Part shown: positions 26,912-40,450 of the stretch, one piece after another
Position numbering within the stretch: the stretch's first letter is position 1
How the letters are laid out: every line of letters starts with the position of its first letter
From: Octopus vulgaris
Taxonomy: Eukaryota
Direction: 5' to 3'
Assembly (NCBI GenBank): GCA_951406725.2
Contig: OX597815.1
Location: forward strand, 81,034,001 to 81,098,000
DNA: 64,000 nt
The notes under the pieces: generated by a model
Told to the model about the DNA's origin: nothing
Seen by the model: only the letters and a program-made list of their open reading frames with translations
The model's database searches: none
Made by a program: the position numbers and the translations under genes

Positions 26912-27080
26912 CTTAGAAATTTTGACAACAATAACAAAATGCTAAGCTATTTCAAACTGCTGACAAAGGAAGAGAAACGAGAAAAGCCGCAGAAAGGATT
27001 CACTTTTAATTGGCTGGCAACAGAGAGAAAAAGAGACAGATGATGAGCTGCCAGGAGACAATTACTAAGAGAACATATCT
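26912..27080 (-). other. Possible 5'-UTR exon or proximal promoter of the receptor
   Basis: Strong minus-strand donor AAG|GTGAG at 26912/26911, a CCAAT on the minus strand near 27010, unique sequence and locally retained CpGs. No transcript evidence. Confidence 0.25.
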
Positions 27081-27543
27081 TTATTTACTTGGAAGGGGGT
27101 TATTTTACCCTAAAAAAAAAGAAAAGAAAAAAAAAAAATAATTGAATGGCACATTTATTATATGTTGCCGTTGTTGTTGTTATTCTTTTCTTAATCCATA
27201 TCCATATAGATTAGCATGGTTGTTATACAAAGTTTTATTCTATGGAGGAAAATTTGAAAACTGAGAGGTATGTCACCCCTTGTGGCTAATTTATTGTAAG
27301 TTTTCTGATGGCCATGGATGGAAGAATCAGTAGAGTGTTGAAGAAAATGCTTTATAGCAGTATTCTATGTCATGCTTTTAAGTTCTGAGTTCAACTACAA
27401 CTGAAGCCAACATCAGCTTTTATTCTTTGAGCTCAATAAAATAAGCACCAATGAAATACTGAAGTTAATCTAATCAGCTGTGACCTCTTCCAAATCTACT
27501 GCCGCTACCTAAGTAACAAATTATTATTATTATTATTATTTGT

Positions 27544-28069
27544 AAGGCGGTGAGCTGGCAGAAACGTTAGCATGCCGGGCAAAATGCGTAACCGTATATC
27601 GTCTGCCACTACGTTCTGATTTCAAATTCCACTGAGGTCGACTTTGCCTTTCATCCTTTCGGGGTCGATTAAATAAGTACCAGTTACGCACTGGGGTCGA
27701 TATAATCAACTTAATCCATTTGTCTGTCCTTGTTTTTCCTCTGTGTTTAGCCCCTTGTGGGTAGTAAAGGAATAGGTATTTCATCCATCTGTACATTCTG
27801 AGTTCAATTCCTGTTGAAGTCAACTTAGCCTTTCATCCTTTCAGGGTTGATAAGTACCAATGAAACACTGGGGTTGACTAAGTCCACTCCCCCCAAATTT
27901 AAGGCCTTAATAAAGGATTGTTATTAAGGTAGCAAGCTGGTAGAATCATGAGCACATTGCTTTTCCTCCTTTTGGGCTCAGTAAAATATGTACCAGTTGC
28001 ACACTGGGGTTGATGTAATCAACTCATCCCCTCCTCCAAAATTACTGCCCTTGTGGCAAAATCCGAAAC

Positions 28070-28101
<32 letters not shown>

Positions 28102-28519
28102 GTAGTAGTAGTAAGGCAACAAGCAGGCAGAACTGTTAGCACACTGGGAGAACAGCTTAGCGGTATTTCACTTATCACTACGTTCTGAGTTCAAATTCCA
28201 CTGAGGTTGACTTTGCCATTATATTTTCAGGGTTGATAAAATATGTACCAGTGAAACACTGGAGTCGATTAGTCTCCTCCCCTAAAATTTCATGCCTTGT
28301 ACCTTTAGTAGGAAGGATTATTATTATTATTATGATTATTATTATTAGAGTGGCAAGCTGACAAAATCATTAGCACACCAAGCAAAATGCTTAGCCTCAT
28401 TTCATCTGTCTTTAAGTTCTGAGTTCAATTCTGCCAAGGTCAATTTTGCTTTTCATCCTTTCAGGGTTTAATGGAGAAAAATTACCCCACGCCCCCAGAA
28501 ATTGTTACCCTAGTGCCAA
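27544..28519 (+). mobile_element. Head-to-tail array of about 5 SINE family A units separated by (ATT)n
   Basis: Repeated aaggcggtgagctggcagaa...gttctgagttcaaattcc...aagtaccag units. Confidence 0.85.
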
Positions 28520-29085
28520 AATCATCATCATCATCATCATTATGATTATTATTGTTATTGACACTTTACCTTGCCTAATAATAGATTTCACGATTTACTC
28601 CTGCCATATTCTTGTGAGCAAAAAAAAAAGAAAAAATGTAATAAAAAAAAACTATTAATCCTTTCTCTCCACAATCCTTCACTTGTATTGTTTGAAAGTT
28701 ATAAAAAGTTTAACAACTTTAATTCACTGGGTTCCAGGAAACAAAATCGAACATTAATAATGAAATGGAAAATCTTTGTTCACTACTAATCCTTTTTATT
28801 TCAATCAACTGGATGAAGGATGAAAAACAGCCCCCCCAATTCTTGTACTTTTGTTGGATTTGCACTAAGAATATAGAGGAAGCAAAGTAAATACAGCCAG
28901 GTGTTCAGTCCAGTGCTCTACCATCTTTATCACAACTCCATCATCACCTGAAACATTGATTACTTCAGCTGGGTTTAAGATTAGCGAGAAGTGGTTAAGG
29001 TGAGCAGATTAATAATGAATTTACTAATCACCACTACCACCAACAAGAAGCTACCCTTCATTTTCTTTACTCAATACTACAACAG

Positions 29086-29187
29086 TTAATACTAATTACT
29101 TAGTTTATAATTTACAACTAGTCTGCTTAATTATTTTTAATACTAATTACTTAGTTTATAATTTGCAACTAGTCTGCTTAATTATTT
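29086..29187. repeat. 51-bp tandem duplication (2 copies)
   Basis: ttaatactaattacttagtttataattt(a/g)caactagtctgcttaattattt occurs twice with one mismatch. Confidence 0.9.
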
Positions 29188-29639
29188 GTGTATGCAGTTT
29201 TTCATGGTCAAACTTTACATGTGGTGAAAGAGTTCAATTTTCTGTTTTTCCTTTGTGCTTTTTAGAGTCCCTTGGTGTTTTGATGACTTCCTGCCACATC
29301 TAGAGGGTGGTTATCAAGGTAATAGCAGTAAAGGGTGAATTAGATCTAACCCTTGCTCTTGTAGTAGAGTTCTCTAAGTGCAAGCATTCTGGAAATGACT
29401 CTGGAAAATTCAGGACAACTGGATATAGAAATACACAGCTTCTGACCATAGCAACTCATAAATCATGCATTCCCCACTCCAAGCTAACTTTCTGATGGAG
29501 ACCCAACTGTAGAAAAAGGCAGAGGGAGCTATTTTTTGATTTTTTTCCTTTCATTAAGCCATCGAATAAGTAACATGTTAGGCTCAACCTGGTACAACAG
29601 AAGGTCTAATGCTGATAAGAGAAGACAATAAGACAATCA

Positions 29640-30255
29640 CTGTATGGAAAAGAACTTGGAATGCTCAAGTGTTATACCAGGCAAGAAAACTGTATAATGT
29701 CACCCAAGAAAGTAGATATAAAATCAACATACTTGACCTCTAGATTGGAATGCAGGCATTTCACTAAAGCAGATGGTGACCTAATCATGTACTCAGGAAT
29801 AGATCAGTATAGAGTAAGAATGGGAGTTCTTCTTTCACAAGAGGCTATTCAGTATGATCTTCTATCAACCAATTAACAAGAAGCTTATATACACATGTAT
29901 CAAAGTTCTAAACCTTTCTCCAGGTTTATACTCCATCCACAGATAAGAATCACAAACAAGTGTTCTATGAATGGATCAAAATACCTAAGTCTAAGCCAAG
30001 TATGACTTCAATGCTTGAAGTAAAGAACAAGATTAACAGATATAAGGGTGTGCAGAAAATTTGGATTGGGAACAGCAAACAATGCAGAAGAGCGAATTAC
30101 AAGGTTTCCTGTCATGGTAAAGTCTTCAAAGAATGAACTGGAAGACCTAAGACTGAATGTACAACCATGGCCAAAGGCAAGAACGACGGAGAGAAGTGAT
30201 GCATGTGTCCATGGTTCCCAACCCTCAGGAATGAAGAAGGGAATAGGTATGGCAA
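29640..30255 (+). mobile_element. Decayed, internally deleted RTE-type LINE (AP-endonuclease remnant joined to a 3'-end-like segment)
   Basis: Frameshifted peptides TWNAQVLYQARKLYNVTQE, INILDL, HFTKADGDLIMYSGIDQYRVRMGVLLSQEA, QVYTP and KFGLGTANNAEER resemble RTE endonuclease motifs (TWNV..L, YSG, QVYAP, FGLG..N). GRPKT-like sequence follows. Confidence 0.65.
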
Positions 30256-30457
30256 AGCAACTTACTAGTGAATTTATCACTAGATTTTGAAAAGTAAGGT
30301 TGGTGTAAGTGAGTATCTTTGTGTAAGGATTTATAATTGGTATATATATTTTTCATCTAATTCATAAGTGAAATTTATCTACAATGCTAAGTAACAGCAA
30401 TACAGTTATATACATTTCTATGTCAAATTTTTTATTCAGACTATCTCTGTCTCTCTC

Positions 30458-30492
<35 letters not shown>

Positions 30493-32029
30493 GTTAGCTG
30501 AGATTTTGCATTTATACCATTTACCATTTGTCTGTTTATTACTTTCTATCAAAATATGCCAATTCACTGACATCTTTAACATAAGACAGTTTCATTCCGA
30601 AATTTGATTATTTTTCTATACACATTTATGTATTTCTTTATTTGTTGATGTATCCTACAACTAGTACATCGATCAACTCATTAACAAACTATTCATCCAT
30701 CCCAGTCTATGTCTTATCAGTTAATTAAGTTGAAGGTAGAATGAATCAATCTGTTCATAATTTATACTGTTTGTCAATCTATCAATTCTGTCTGAGCCAC
30801 CAGACTACTGGCCACTTATCTATCTATCTATCCCTAAATAGATCAAACATGAGAGCAACAGAGATCCCTGCTGAGGTGAATACACAGATGAAACCCAGCC
30901 AAATGCAATTCACTTCAATCTAAACAATATAGCAATTGAATACAAATGGTTTTTCTCCTTTAATCCACCACTGTAGATAATAATCTTTGCAGTTAATAAG
31001 ATTAGCAAGGATTTAAACTACATATCAAGAACACATAAACTACTGGTTCATAGTAATAAAATATTTGTATAAGAGATGGAAAACTTAAAATAAATAAATA
31101 AATAAATATATATATATATATGAATATAAAAGTACTATTCAGACTAATTTAGCACTATTTGTTTGCTTTGTGTTTCTAATATTAAATCACTCCGGAATTA
31201 TCAAACCCAGATTTTCACCATGCTAATAATGTGTGTGTGTGTGTGTGTGTGAGATGTCAGTTAGTTAGGGGAGGAGGAGCAGTTCCCATGACCTTTTCAG
31301 GCCCTCTTAGGCTGGTTGCTGAGATTGAAGATGTTGATGCTTGGCCTGAACACCTACAGGTCAATGCCAGCATTACAAACCCAGGTGGGGAAGGAACTGG
31401 GGGGGAGGGGATCTAATCTAAAAACTTGCAACCTTGTGAACTCTGGAGGTGTCGGTTGAGCTCCAGATCAGCCCTGGTTGATACTCTAAGATAAAAGGCA
31501 TTTGAGCAAACAACCATCCTACTGTTGTAGGATGATGTCTTGGATCACATACATTATCCGTTTCCTCTTTTGCTTTCTCAATACAGTGAGATGTGATTTG
31601 AGAGAGAGCTGCTTTTTCTCGCTGAACTAAAAATTACATTAATAGTTGAGGTCTTTACATCTAAAAGACCCACTCATTACATTCTGTATACATCTAGAGG
31701 AATCTAGTCTTCAAGAAATATGGAAGCAGATCTAAAATATGTTTAGAAAGAAATGTTTGGGATTCTTTAACTGTTCTTCTACCAGGATAAATTCAGAGAA
31801 CACTAAATTTTCAAGAATACTACACTATAATCAAAGTATAGTGGGTTGCAGTTTTACTTTCTGAAGTAACTTTTCATATTCCTTCTCCTTATCACAATTA
31901 ATGGAAGTTATATCTACATCTACTATGCAGCACTTATTTATCATATCTTGTCATACCAGATAACAATATAAGGAACATTGTTTATATAATTGGTGAAAAT
32001 CAAGGGCGGGACATTCCAAATATGAATTC

Positions 32030-32362
32030 TATTCTTTTACTTGTTTCAGTCATTTGACTGTGGCCATGCTGGAGCACCGCCTTAAAGGGTTTTAGTTGAA
32101 GAAGTTGACCCCAGGACTTATTCTTTGTAAGCCGAGTACTTACCCTATTGGCCTCAGCATTGGTTGTCAAGTGACGATGAGGGGACAAAGATAGATGCAC
32201 ATAAATATGTAAATATATGATGGGGTTCTTTAAGCTTCCATCAACCAAATCCACTCACAAGGCTATAATAGAAGACACTTGTCCAAGGTGCCACGCAGTG
32301 GGACTGAACCTGGAACCATGTGTAGGTGGGAAGCAAGCTTCTTACCATACAACCATGCCTGT
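32030..32362 (-). mobile_element. CORE-type SINE family B
   Basis: Same head, CORE and tail as the copy at 24681-25045. Confidence 0.8.
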
Positions 32363-35300
32363 CGTTTTTTTTTAAATTCAATTCTTAAAATTTTTTCCAA
32401 ACAAGGGGTAGGACCGTAACCCCAAAACATTGCTGTGATTTGGACAGCAGCAACTGTGCCATATATGTGCCAGTGTTTAAAGATACAATGATGATGATGA
32501 TTTATTACAAAAACAGCTGGCGAGGTGGGCAGGAGTGCGATCAATTATGTCAACTTCACACCAGTACTTGTTTCATTGATCCCAGAAATTAGAACAACCA
32601 AGTCGGCTTTGGTAGGATTTGAATAAGAAAATGGAGACACTACAATAGTTCCAGCCTGTTGTGCTGATGGCACAAAACTACCACAATATTTAATATTGAC
32701 ATGAAAAACTTGACCTAAAAAACATTTTCTGGTTTAGGAATCAGTTCTGGATACACAAAACTGAAGTCTTAAAAAAGTAGCAGAACAGAGAAATTGCCAG
32801 TAGTTGTCATTCCTGGTGGTCTGACAGGCCTATTGTAACTTATAAATATGTGTGCATGTACACATACACACACACACACACACCATTTCAAAACTGCATG
32901 CAAAAACATGAAACAGTGCGAATGTCGCAACGTTCCATAGGTGTGGAAGGCAGGGAAGAAATCTGTGGAAAGAGTAAATAGTGAAATTACTGTGAAAGCT
33001 TTTTAACAAGTATGGGATTTTTAATACACTTGTTGGCACTGAATATGAAGCATTATTTGAAGACATTCATACCAACACCAAAAATTATGCGATCTGAGAA
33101 GGATGACGCTGATGAACTTTCAAATTTTGGAGACGATTAAAGTTTCTTGTTACAAAACACTTATAACTAGAAAACTTACCTAAGAAAATGCTTTCTGCTT
33201 TCATCATGCTAATTTTGTCTTTCATTTGAAATGTTGAACTACTATATTCAAGTTATGATATATTTTCACTGTAAATGTCTGATTTTTTTCTTCATTTGCC
33301 AGTGTTTGCATTTCTACTTGTGTGTTTACTATGCTGTGTGAATACACTAAAACATCCTTCTTTCAAATAATCCTTGGTGAAATGCGGTATACCTCTTATA
33401 TGTCCATGAGCATCAACTAAGATATCAATATCTCTGTTTGGCACTGCTAGCAATCATGCCATCCACTGACCCTTATACGACAATAAACGACACGAACAGA
33501 GTACATTCTAGTTTTTAGTACACTACATCCCTGTATTTTGTAACAAGCAAATAAAGGATTCATACTAGGAAGGACTTTGGCTGTAAAACACTGCTTTAAA
33601 AGCAGGCATAAAAACAACAATGGTGACAAATTAATTAGGGGGTATACTTTTTGATAAAATTAACAAGACAAAATATTGAAACAAATGTTGATACCAGACT
33701 TATCTCAAACCTCCACATAGCATGTATATCTATACAGGTTGTTTCAACATGTGTAGATACATATGCTATGTGTAGATCTGACAAATTTTCTCATTCCTTT
33801 GAGGAGGGTGGAGAAGGTTATGCTGTTCCTATTATTCACAGTGCTATTCATAACGGGGAAAATTGTTTCCAAAATAAAGCTAAATTAGCAGAAAGAGGAA
33901 GAGAGAGAAGAGGGGAAAGTGTGGTGGTACAGTACAGTAATCATCTATTTACTGTAAACAAGTCAGAAAATGATTGAACGCATGGAAAGGTGGTTCAAGA
34001 TTTAATAGCTAGCTCTTCACGGTTACAAATTATCACAAACACAGACAACCACTCATAAACGACTTTCTGAGATAAAATGTTTCAAATAAGATATTGCACA
34101 GATTGAACACATCACCACATGGTTTGGTATTTAATAGCTCCTAACCTCATAACACCACTGCCCTCCAACACACACAACTTAACGAAAGAAAGGTAAATGA
34201 TATTTGATTACTTAAAACCTCTTGATGTAGTCTTTTTAAAAAGTTTACAGATATCATCAGTAAACATACACATACAATGGACATCAACCTGCTAGATATA
34301 GTGGTCAAATTTCCCTAAAAAATCACAGACAATCCATTCCACCTTCTTTAGCAGGATGGTCATGTTGGAACGCCTGTTGTCATAAAGTCTGCTGTATCAG
34401 GTATCACATCAGGTTAAACACCCATCTCCTGTACACACACACACCAGATTCAAACATACATTAACTCCAAAACACACACACATGGAAATTTGCATTCACA
34501 CAGTGAAACTTGGCCGCTCAAAAATATACACACATGCTCATCAAATTTATGCATGTATACACACACCTGCTCACCCACACACTAACTCTCATATGCATAA
34601 AATACAAATTCTCCCACTACACATAGACATGTCACTATCGCATTAGCTTACATACATTCACACGCACAATGTTATATATTCTGAATCACATATGTTCTCA
34701 CATATACAAGAAAACAACACAGCACACGCATATATACACTGTAACCCTTTCACACCATACAACATACTTCCATAAATACACAATGACATGTATCTATACA
34801 TATACATACATAATCATCATCATCACCACAACCATTTTTTTAACATCCACTTTTCCATACATGCATATACATATATGCATACACAAATACACAAATAGAA
34901 ACATACACACACCTTTAAGCTTATGTGTGAACATCTCGTGGTTGCTAAAATGGTTAGAAATAGCAGTCAAATCTTTATTACATTACATCAACAGCCTCAA
35001 AAATAAAATGAAGGCACTGGATAATGCATGTAGTCGTGAGTCTTCTGAACTTGGAACTATATATATATATATATATTACTCTATAGATGAACTGAGACTT
35101 AACATCATATATTCTGATGCAGCTATATTTGAATGTGAGTGCGAGTCACACAACTCTACAACATAAACACATGTACAAAGACAAAATTGTATCACTAGAC
35201 CTACATATTTTCGCATGTATACTGAAACAATTTCACTTACACACACACACACATTTTACATACACCTACTGTACTCATTATGATTATGTAGATTGGGGGC

Positions 35301-35525
35301 GGGTGGGTTTAGATAAAACTAATATTGTGTGCGCTGTAAGAAAGTGTGAAATGTTTTCTTCACCTGTTTAATTCATATAAAATCATAGCACCAACTACCT
35401 GCTGAGTCTTTGTGCACTCTCTGATCAAATATGTCACTTTGATTAGCTAAAATTGTACAGCCTAAGTTTATATACTCCTAACTCATATATACATACACAC
35501 ACACACGTGTGTGTGTGTGTGTATG

Positions 35526-35566
<41 letters not shown>

Positions 35567-35704
35567 CTACATTGAAGGTACATGTATCTGTGGAGTATTC
35601 AGCTACTTGCACGTTAATTTCACAAGCAGGATGTTCCGTTGATCGGATCAACTGGAACCCTCATCATCATAACCACTGGGGTGCCAAGATAATGACAACA
35701 GGAC

Positions 35705-35939
35705 AAGGCGGCGAGCTGGTAGACACGTTAGCGTGTGGGGCGAAATGCTTAGGGATATTTCGTCTGTCGTTACGTTCTGAGTTCAAATTCCGCCGAGGTC
35801 AACTTTGCCTTTCATCCTTTCGGGGTCGATAAATAAAGTACCAGTTTCGCACAGGGGGGCGATATAATCAACTCAATCCCTTCGGCTGTCCTTGTTTGTC
35901 CCCTCTATGTTTAGCCCCTTCTTGGCAGTAAAGAAATAG
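35705..35939 (+). mobile_element. SINE family A, CpG-rich copy
   Basis: aaggcggcgagctggtag...gagttcaaattccgccgaggtcaactttgcctttcatcctttcggggtcgataaa. Confidence 0.85.
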
Positions 35940-36859
35940 ATAATGATAACAGGACGAATCAGTACAGAACTGGGAAGGCTACGGTTCAAATGAGGATTCC
36001 ATACACACACATACACACACTCACACATATGTAGTAATGTCAGCAGTAGTGGGTGTATATATGTATGACCAGTATATAAGAGCGGCTAGAACTTCATTGA
36101 ACTAAATAAAACAAAGCTGGCTTGTTCTATTTTTATGTTGTTTTTGTTTATTCCTTTTCTTTGTTCCACAATCACCATAATAGTGATTTCTTTTGATTCA
36201 GGCACAAGGCCAATTCTTATTCAGAGTGAGAAAATAGCCAAGCCCTTCTCTATCTCATACTTACACACATAAATTTATCAAACATTCACACAGACACAGA
36301 AAATGTAATGCATATGTGTGTGTGTGCTTGTGTAAATTATGTATGTGAACACATGTACTGCATGCTATCACATCCATCTATCTATCTATATATATGTAAT
36401 CATTATATACATATGCAGCTACTATCATTGATAGAAACCTGTGAGAATTTCAATCTAAATCAACCTGTGCTTGAGGAATACACCTCCATATTCTCCTTTA
36501 TTATAATCAAAGAAACAAAAATACATATGCACATCTACACACCCACTAACGGATCTTAGTAACTGTGCTAAGGCTGTGCTTGGCCACTAACACCTGTATG
36601 CACATGCACATATAGGTGGAGGTGTCTACTTCAGTGCATAGTACCATTGAAAAGTGCCTTTTAGGTGAATTTTGATAGATAAAAACTGTACAGAAGCCCA
36701 TTGTGTGTGTTGTTTGGAACTTTTAACTTAATTTATCCAAGGTTTTTTTTTTTTTGAACCTCAGTATGTGCATGCAATTATTTATAGTTTTATCTATTTG
36801 AAGTTCAACCGTTAGGATCATGACTATATTCATGAATATCAGTGTGCAATAATAATAAT

Positions 36860-36990
36860 AATAAGAGCACTCAGAAAGTGCAAATCTCTGCCAAGGCAAC
36901 ACCAACATCCTCCTAACGATTAACCAGAGACGATTTTTAAAATGAGAATATCGGCAATAAATTTGACTGATCTCACAAATGAGAAGCCCG
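36860..36990 (+). mobile_element. 5' fragment of the same HINE/DINE-like family
   Basis: aacatcctcctaacgattaaccagagacgatttttaaaatgagaatatc resembles positions 1-51. The upstream tctctgcc is a decayed copy of the acctccgcc subterminal motif. Confidence 0.45.
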
Positions 36991-36991
36991 T

Positions 36992-37027
<36 letters not shown>

Positions 37028-37039
37028 TGTGTGTCTGTG

Positions 37040-37225
37040 TTTGTGCCCCCACTATAACTTGACATCCGATGTTGGTGTGTTTACATCCCCGTAACTTAGT
37101 GGTTCAGCCAAAGACACTGATAGAATAAGTACTAGGCTTACAAAGAATAAGTCCTAAGGATGATTTGTGTGACTAAAGGCGGTGCTCCAGCATGGCCTCA
37201 GTCAAATGACTGAAACAAATAAAAT
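37040..37225 (+). mobile_element. SINE family B, 3' half
   Basis: gtgtgtttacatccccgtaacttag...ggcggtgctccagcatggc...aaatgactgaaac. Confidence 0.75.
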
Positions 37226-37910
37226 TTTTAAAAATACATAGTATAGTAAATTTCAAAGTACTATCACCCACATACTAAGTTCATGAACAAAGGAAAAAGA
37301 ACTTGATATCTTCGAGTAGGAATTTATAACAAGCATGTACATATGAACTTAGGGACCAATTTTTTTAAGGGTGGTCAAAGAGGGACAATAATCCTTAGGG
37401 TAAGACAGAAGACAGTTGGGTAGTCTAAATTAATGTAGATAATACATCAAACATTCTGCACCCAAAAATAAGACTTGATAGCAGTTTTATTCTAAATATC
37501 ATACACTAAGCGAAGACTCTGGAGGGGTTGGTGGAGCTAACGGAGGCTTTTTGCAGGGAACGGAATGAAATGCAAATAAAAAGACACAGACTTTGGCAAT
37601 GTCTTACGTCTATAGCTGATAATAAACAGAGCTGAATACAGAATGAGATTCAAGTGGCTTTTATTCTCTTTGCCCTTCAGTTATCCCTACACACAGATAT
37701 GTGCAAATGCAAAGACACACACACACACAGACAGACAGAGGAGACTGATACTGAATTAGAATGGGAAACAACATATATCTATCTATAGGTGAGTAGTATT
37801 GAGTGAGTACGCATGCTTGAAGAGGTGTATAGTGTTCTGAAGCCCTGTGCGAGTACAGTATACAAATGATATGTGCATGGTGTTGAATGCAAGTACAGTA
37901 TTTAAATGCA

Positions 37911-37946
<36 letters not shown>

Positions 37947-37987
37947 GTTTTGTGCCAGTGAAATTCCTGAAAGTGCGTGTGTGCATG

Positions 37988-38019
37988 TGCTGAGTCATCA
38001 GTAGTGCATATACAGGTCA
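37988..38019 (+). promoter_or_regulatory. Candidate composite element: CNC/Maf antioxidant response element plus nuclear-receptor DR5
   Basis: TGCTGAGTCAT (37988-37998), 4 bp, then AGTGCA-tatac-AGGTCA (38003-38019). Motif match only. Confidence 0.4.
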
Positions 38020-39124
38020 CAAACAAAACAGCTGATCTGCATGCAAAGTGCACTTGTGCATTAATGGAGTCCTGCATGCACTGTAGTTGGATGGCAAGTT
38101 TGCTGAGTGACAACAGTGTACAGTAAATAATGTGCTAGTTGCACACAAGTGCAGCAGGCAAATTTGGGACACGAGAGATGACATAGGTATAGCGGGTGGA
38201 CGTGGCTAGTGTTATACATGTGTGACTGGATTTACATGCGTACATATTCAATGGGTGTTTGTTGATGTGTGTGTGTGTGTGCGCGCGCACACGCATGAGT
38301 TTACAGAGGACTGTTATTGCTTTCAACAGGCAGATGCTTATAGAAGAAAGCAGGAGTGCAGAAAGATATGGAGACATAATATCGGGCATAAAGCAGAAAA
38401 CAGGAGGGAGAGAGCATTTCTCTTTAAAGTAAAAGAACAAACAGCTCAGTATCATTTATAAAGAAGACTGGAGGCAGAGTGAAGGGTTAGAAAAAACACA
38501 ATTCATGGCACCTCAAATCTAACCAGCTTACAGAGAACTATCGCTGCCAGAGCCAATTCTTAATTCTTGGGCCTCAACCTGGTCAGCACTTGGAAAGTTA
38601 TCCTCCAAGGTGCAACACTTAGGCCAGTGTTAGGTTTTAGGTTTTTTTTTTTGTTATTTGTTATACCAGCAAGTCTTCTCTCTTCCATGCCCCTGATGTG
38701 ATTCAAGTGAAAAGCAAAGTTCATCACAGCTTAGCACCACATCAGTGTTATCAGAGCATACAGAGGTAGAAACGATACTATAATAATGAATCCCATTTTA
38801 AGGCTCTAAGATTTCTGCCATTGCTCCTACCTCCCCTAGACAGATTATTTATTGACCTCCCTGCCCACAATACGAAAGGCAAAACTGAGCATAGCAGGAT
38901 TGAACCCTAACTATAGCAGCAAAGAAAGCTGGAACAAATATCACAAGGCATTTAATTCTTTTAATACCAACTCACCTGAAATTACCTTTGGTTCTATGCT
39001 ACAAATTTCCTGTCTTAACGGTAACTAAATCAAATCCCCTATCAAAATTTTATGGTAATTTTATGTTCTAAATACCAGATTAATAATGACAAATATATTT
39101 TAATAAATTCTTCATTGCTTTACA

Positions 39125-39510
39125 CTTTACTCTTTTACTTGTTTCAGTCATTTGACTGTGGTCATGGTGGAGCACCGCCTTTAGCCGAGCAAATCGACCC
39201 CAGTACTTATTCTTTGTAAGCCTAGTACTTATTCTATCAGTCTCTTTTGCTGAACTGCTAAGTTACGGGGATGTAAACACACCAGCATCAGTTGTCAAGC
39301 GATATTGGGGGGGACAAACACACACACATATATACATATATATATATATGGCAGGCTTTTTCAGTTTCCGTCTACTAAATCCACTTACGAGGCTTTGGTC
39401 AGCCTGAGGCTATAGTAGAAGATACTTGCCCAAGGTGCCATACAGTGGAACTGAACCCAGAACCATGTGGTTGGGAAGCAAGCTTCTTGCCACACAGCTA
39501 TGCCTGTGCC
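39125..39510 (-). mobile_element. CORE-type SINE family B, full length
   Basis: Complete tail-to-head match. It abuts a decayed copy of the 18071 MITE family at about 38955-39120. Confidence 0.85.
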
Positions 39511-40450
39511 TACTACTTAGTAATTCTTTCTACAAGAAACAAAAGGCCTGGAATTTTGTAGGGAGGAGTCCAATTATAACATCAATCCAACTGATCATCT
39601 CTAAAATGATGTAACGCAGAGTTAACCATGGAGGAATTCAGAAAGTAAAGTCTGAAGAAATGACACAAAGCATTTTGTCTTGTGTGCTAACTTTGGTTCA
39701 TTGCAAAGTTTGTAAACCACACAATGGTTAGTACAAGTCTGGTATATGATTTATCAACCCTTTAAAAGGTGCTATGAGAGAGAGTAGAGCTTATCTTCAA
39801 TTTGTGTGTGAAAGGATTAGCATTGTGTGTGTGTGTGTTATTCACATTAAGGGATGTGAATAAAATAGATGGAGGAGAAGGAGAAAACAAGGGCTAGGTG
39901 ATGATAAGACAGGGGAAGGTTGGTGAAATGAATGAGGTTGGGCAAGGAAGAATATATATATACTAGGAGCTAAATCACAAGCACTGAATAACCCTCAGCC
40001 ACATCACAAGAAAATATCTTTCGCAGAATGAAGTTGATGTATTTCTTCATTTAGATGGCACACTGGTTGCCTAGCACCCTCCCTGCCAAATTACGTATAA
40101 CACAAACATCACACATGTGTATGCACACAAGTACGTGCATGAGCTGATGTGCATGTGCATCATCACATACATTGTTTACACAAATACACCTGCGTGTATG
40201 CTTATCCTTTATCTTTTACTTGTTTGTCATTCGACTGCTGCTGCGAAGAATATTAATCAAACAAATCGACCCTGGGACTTATATTCATTAAAGCATGAAA
40301 CTTATTCTATTGGTCTCTTTTTGCTAAACCGCTAAGTTACAGGGCTGTAAACACATCAATACCCATTGTCAAGTGGTGGTTGGCAACAAACACAGACACT
40401 AAAACACATACACACACGACAAGCTTCTCTCAGTTTCTGAGGTTATAGTA

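Noticed and set aside
27544-28519. tRNA genes or a CRISPR-like repeat array
   Set aside because: The A/B-box-like motifs are SINE heads without a cloverleaf. The units are diverged ~200-bp SINEs, not repeat-spacer arrays.
37915-37985. Metal-response-element-like TGCACAC matches
   Set aside because: They arise trivially at the ends of (GT)n microsatellites throughout the window.
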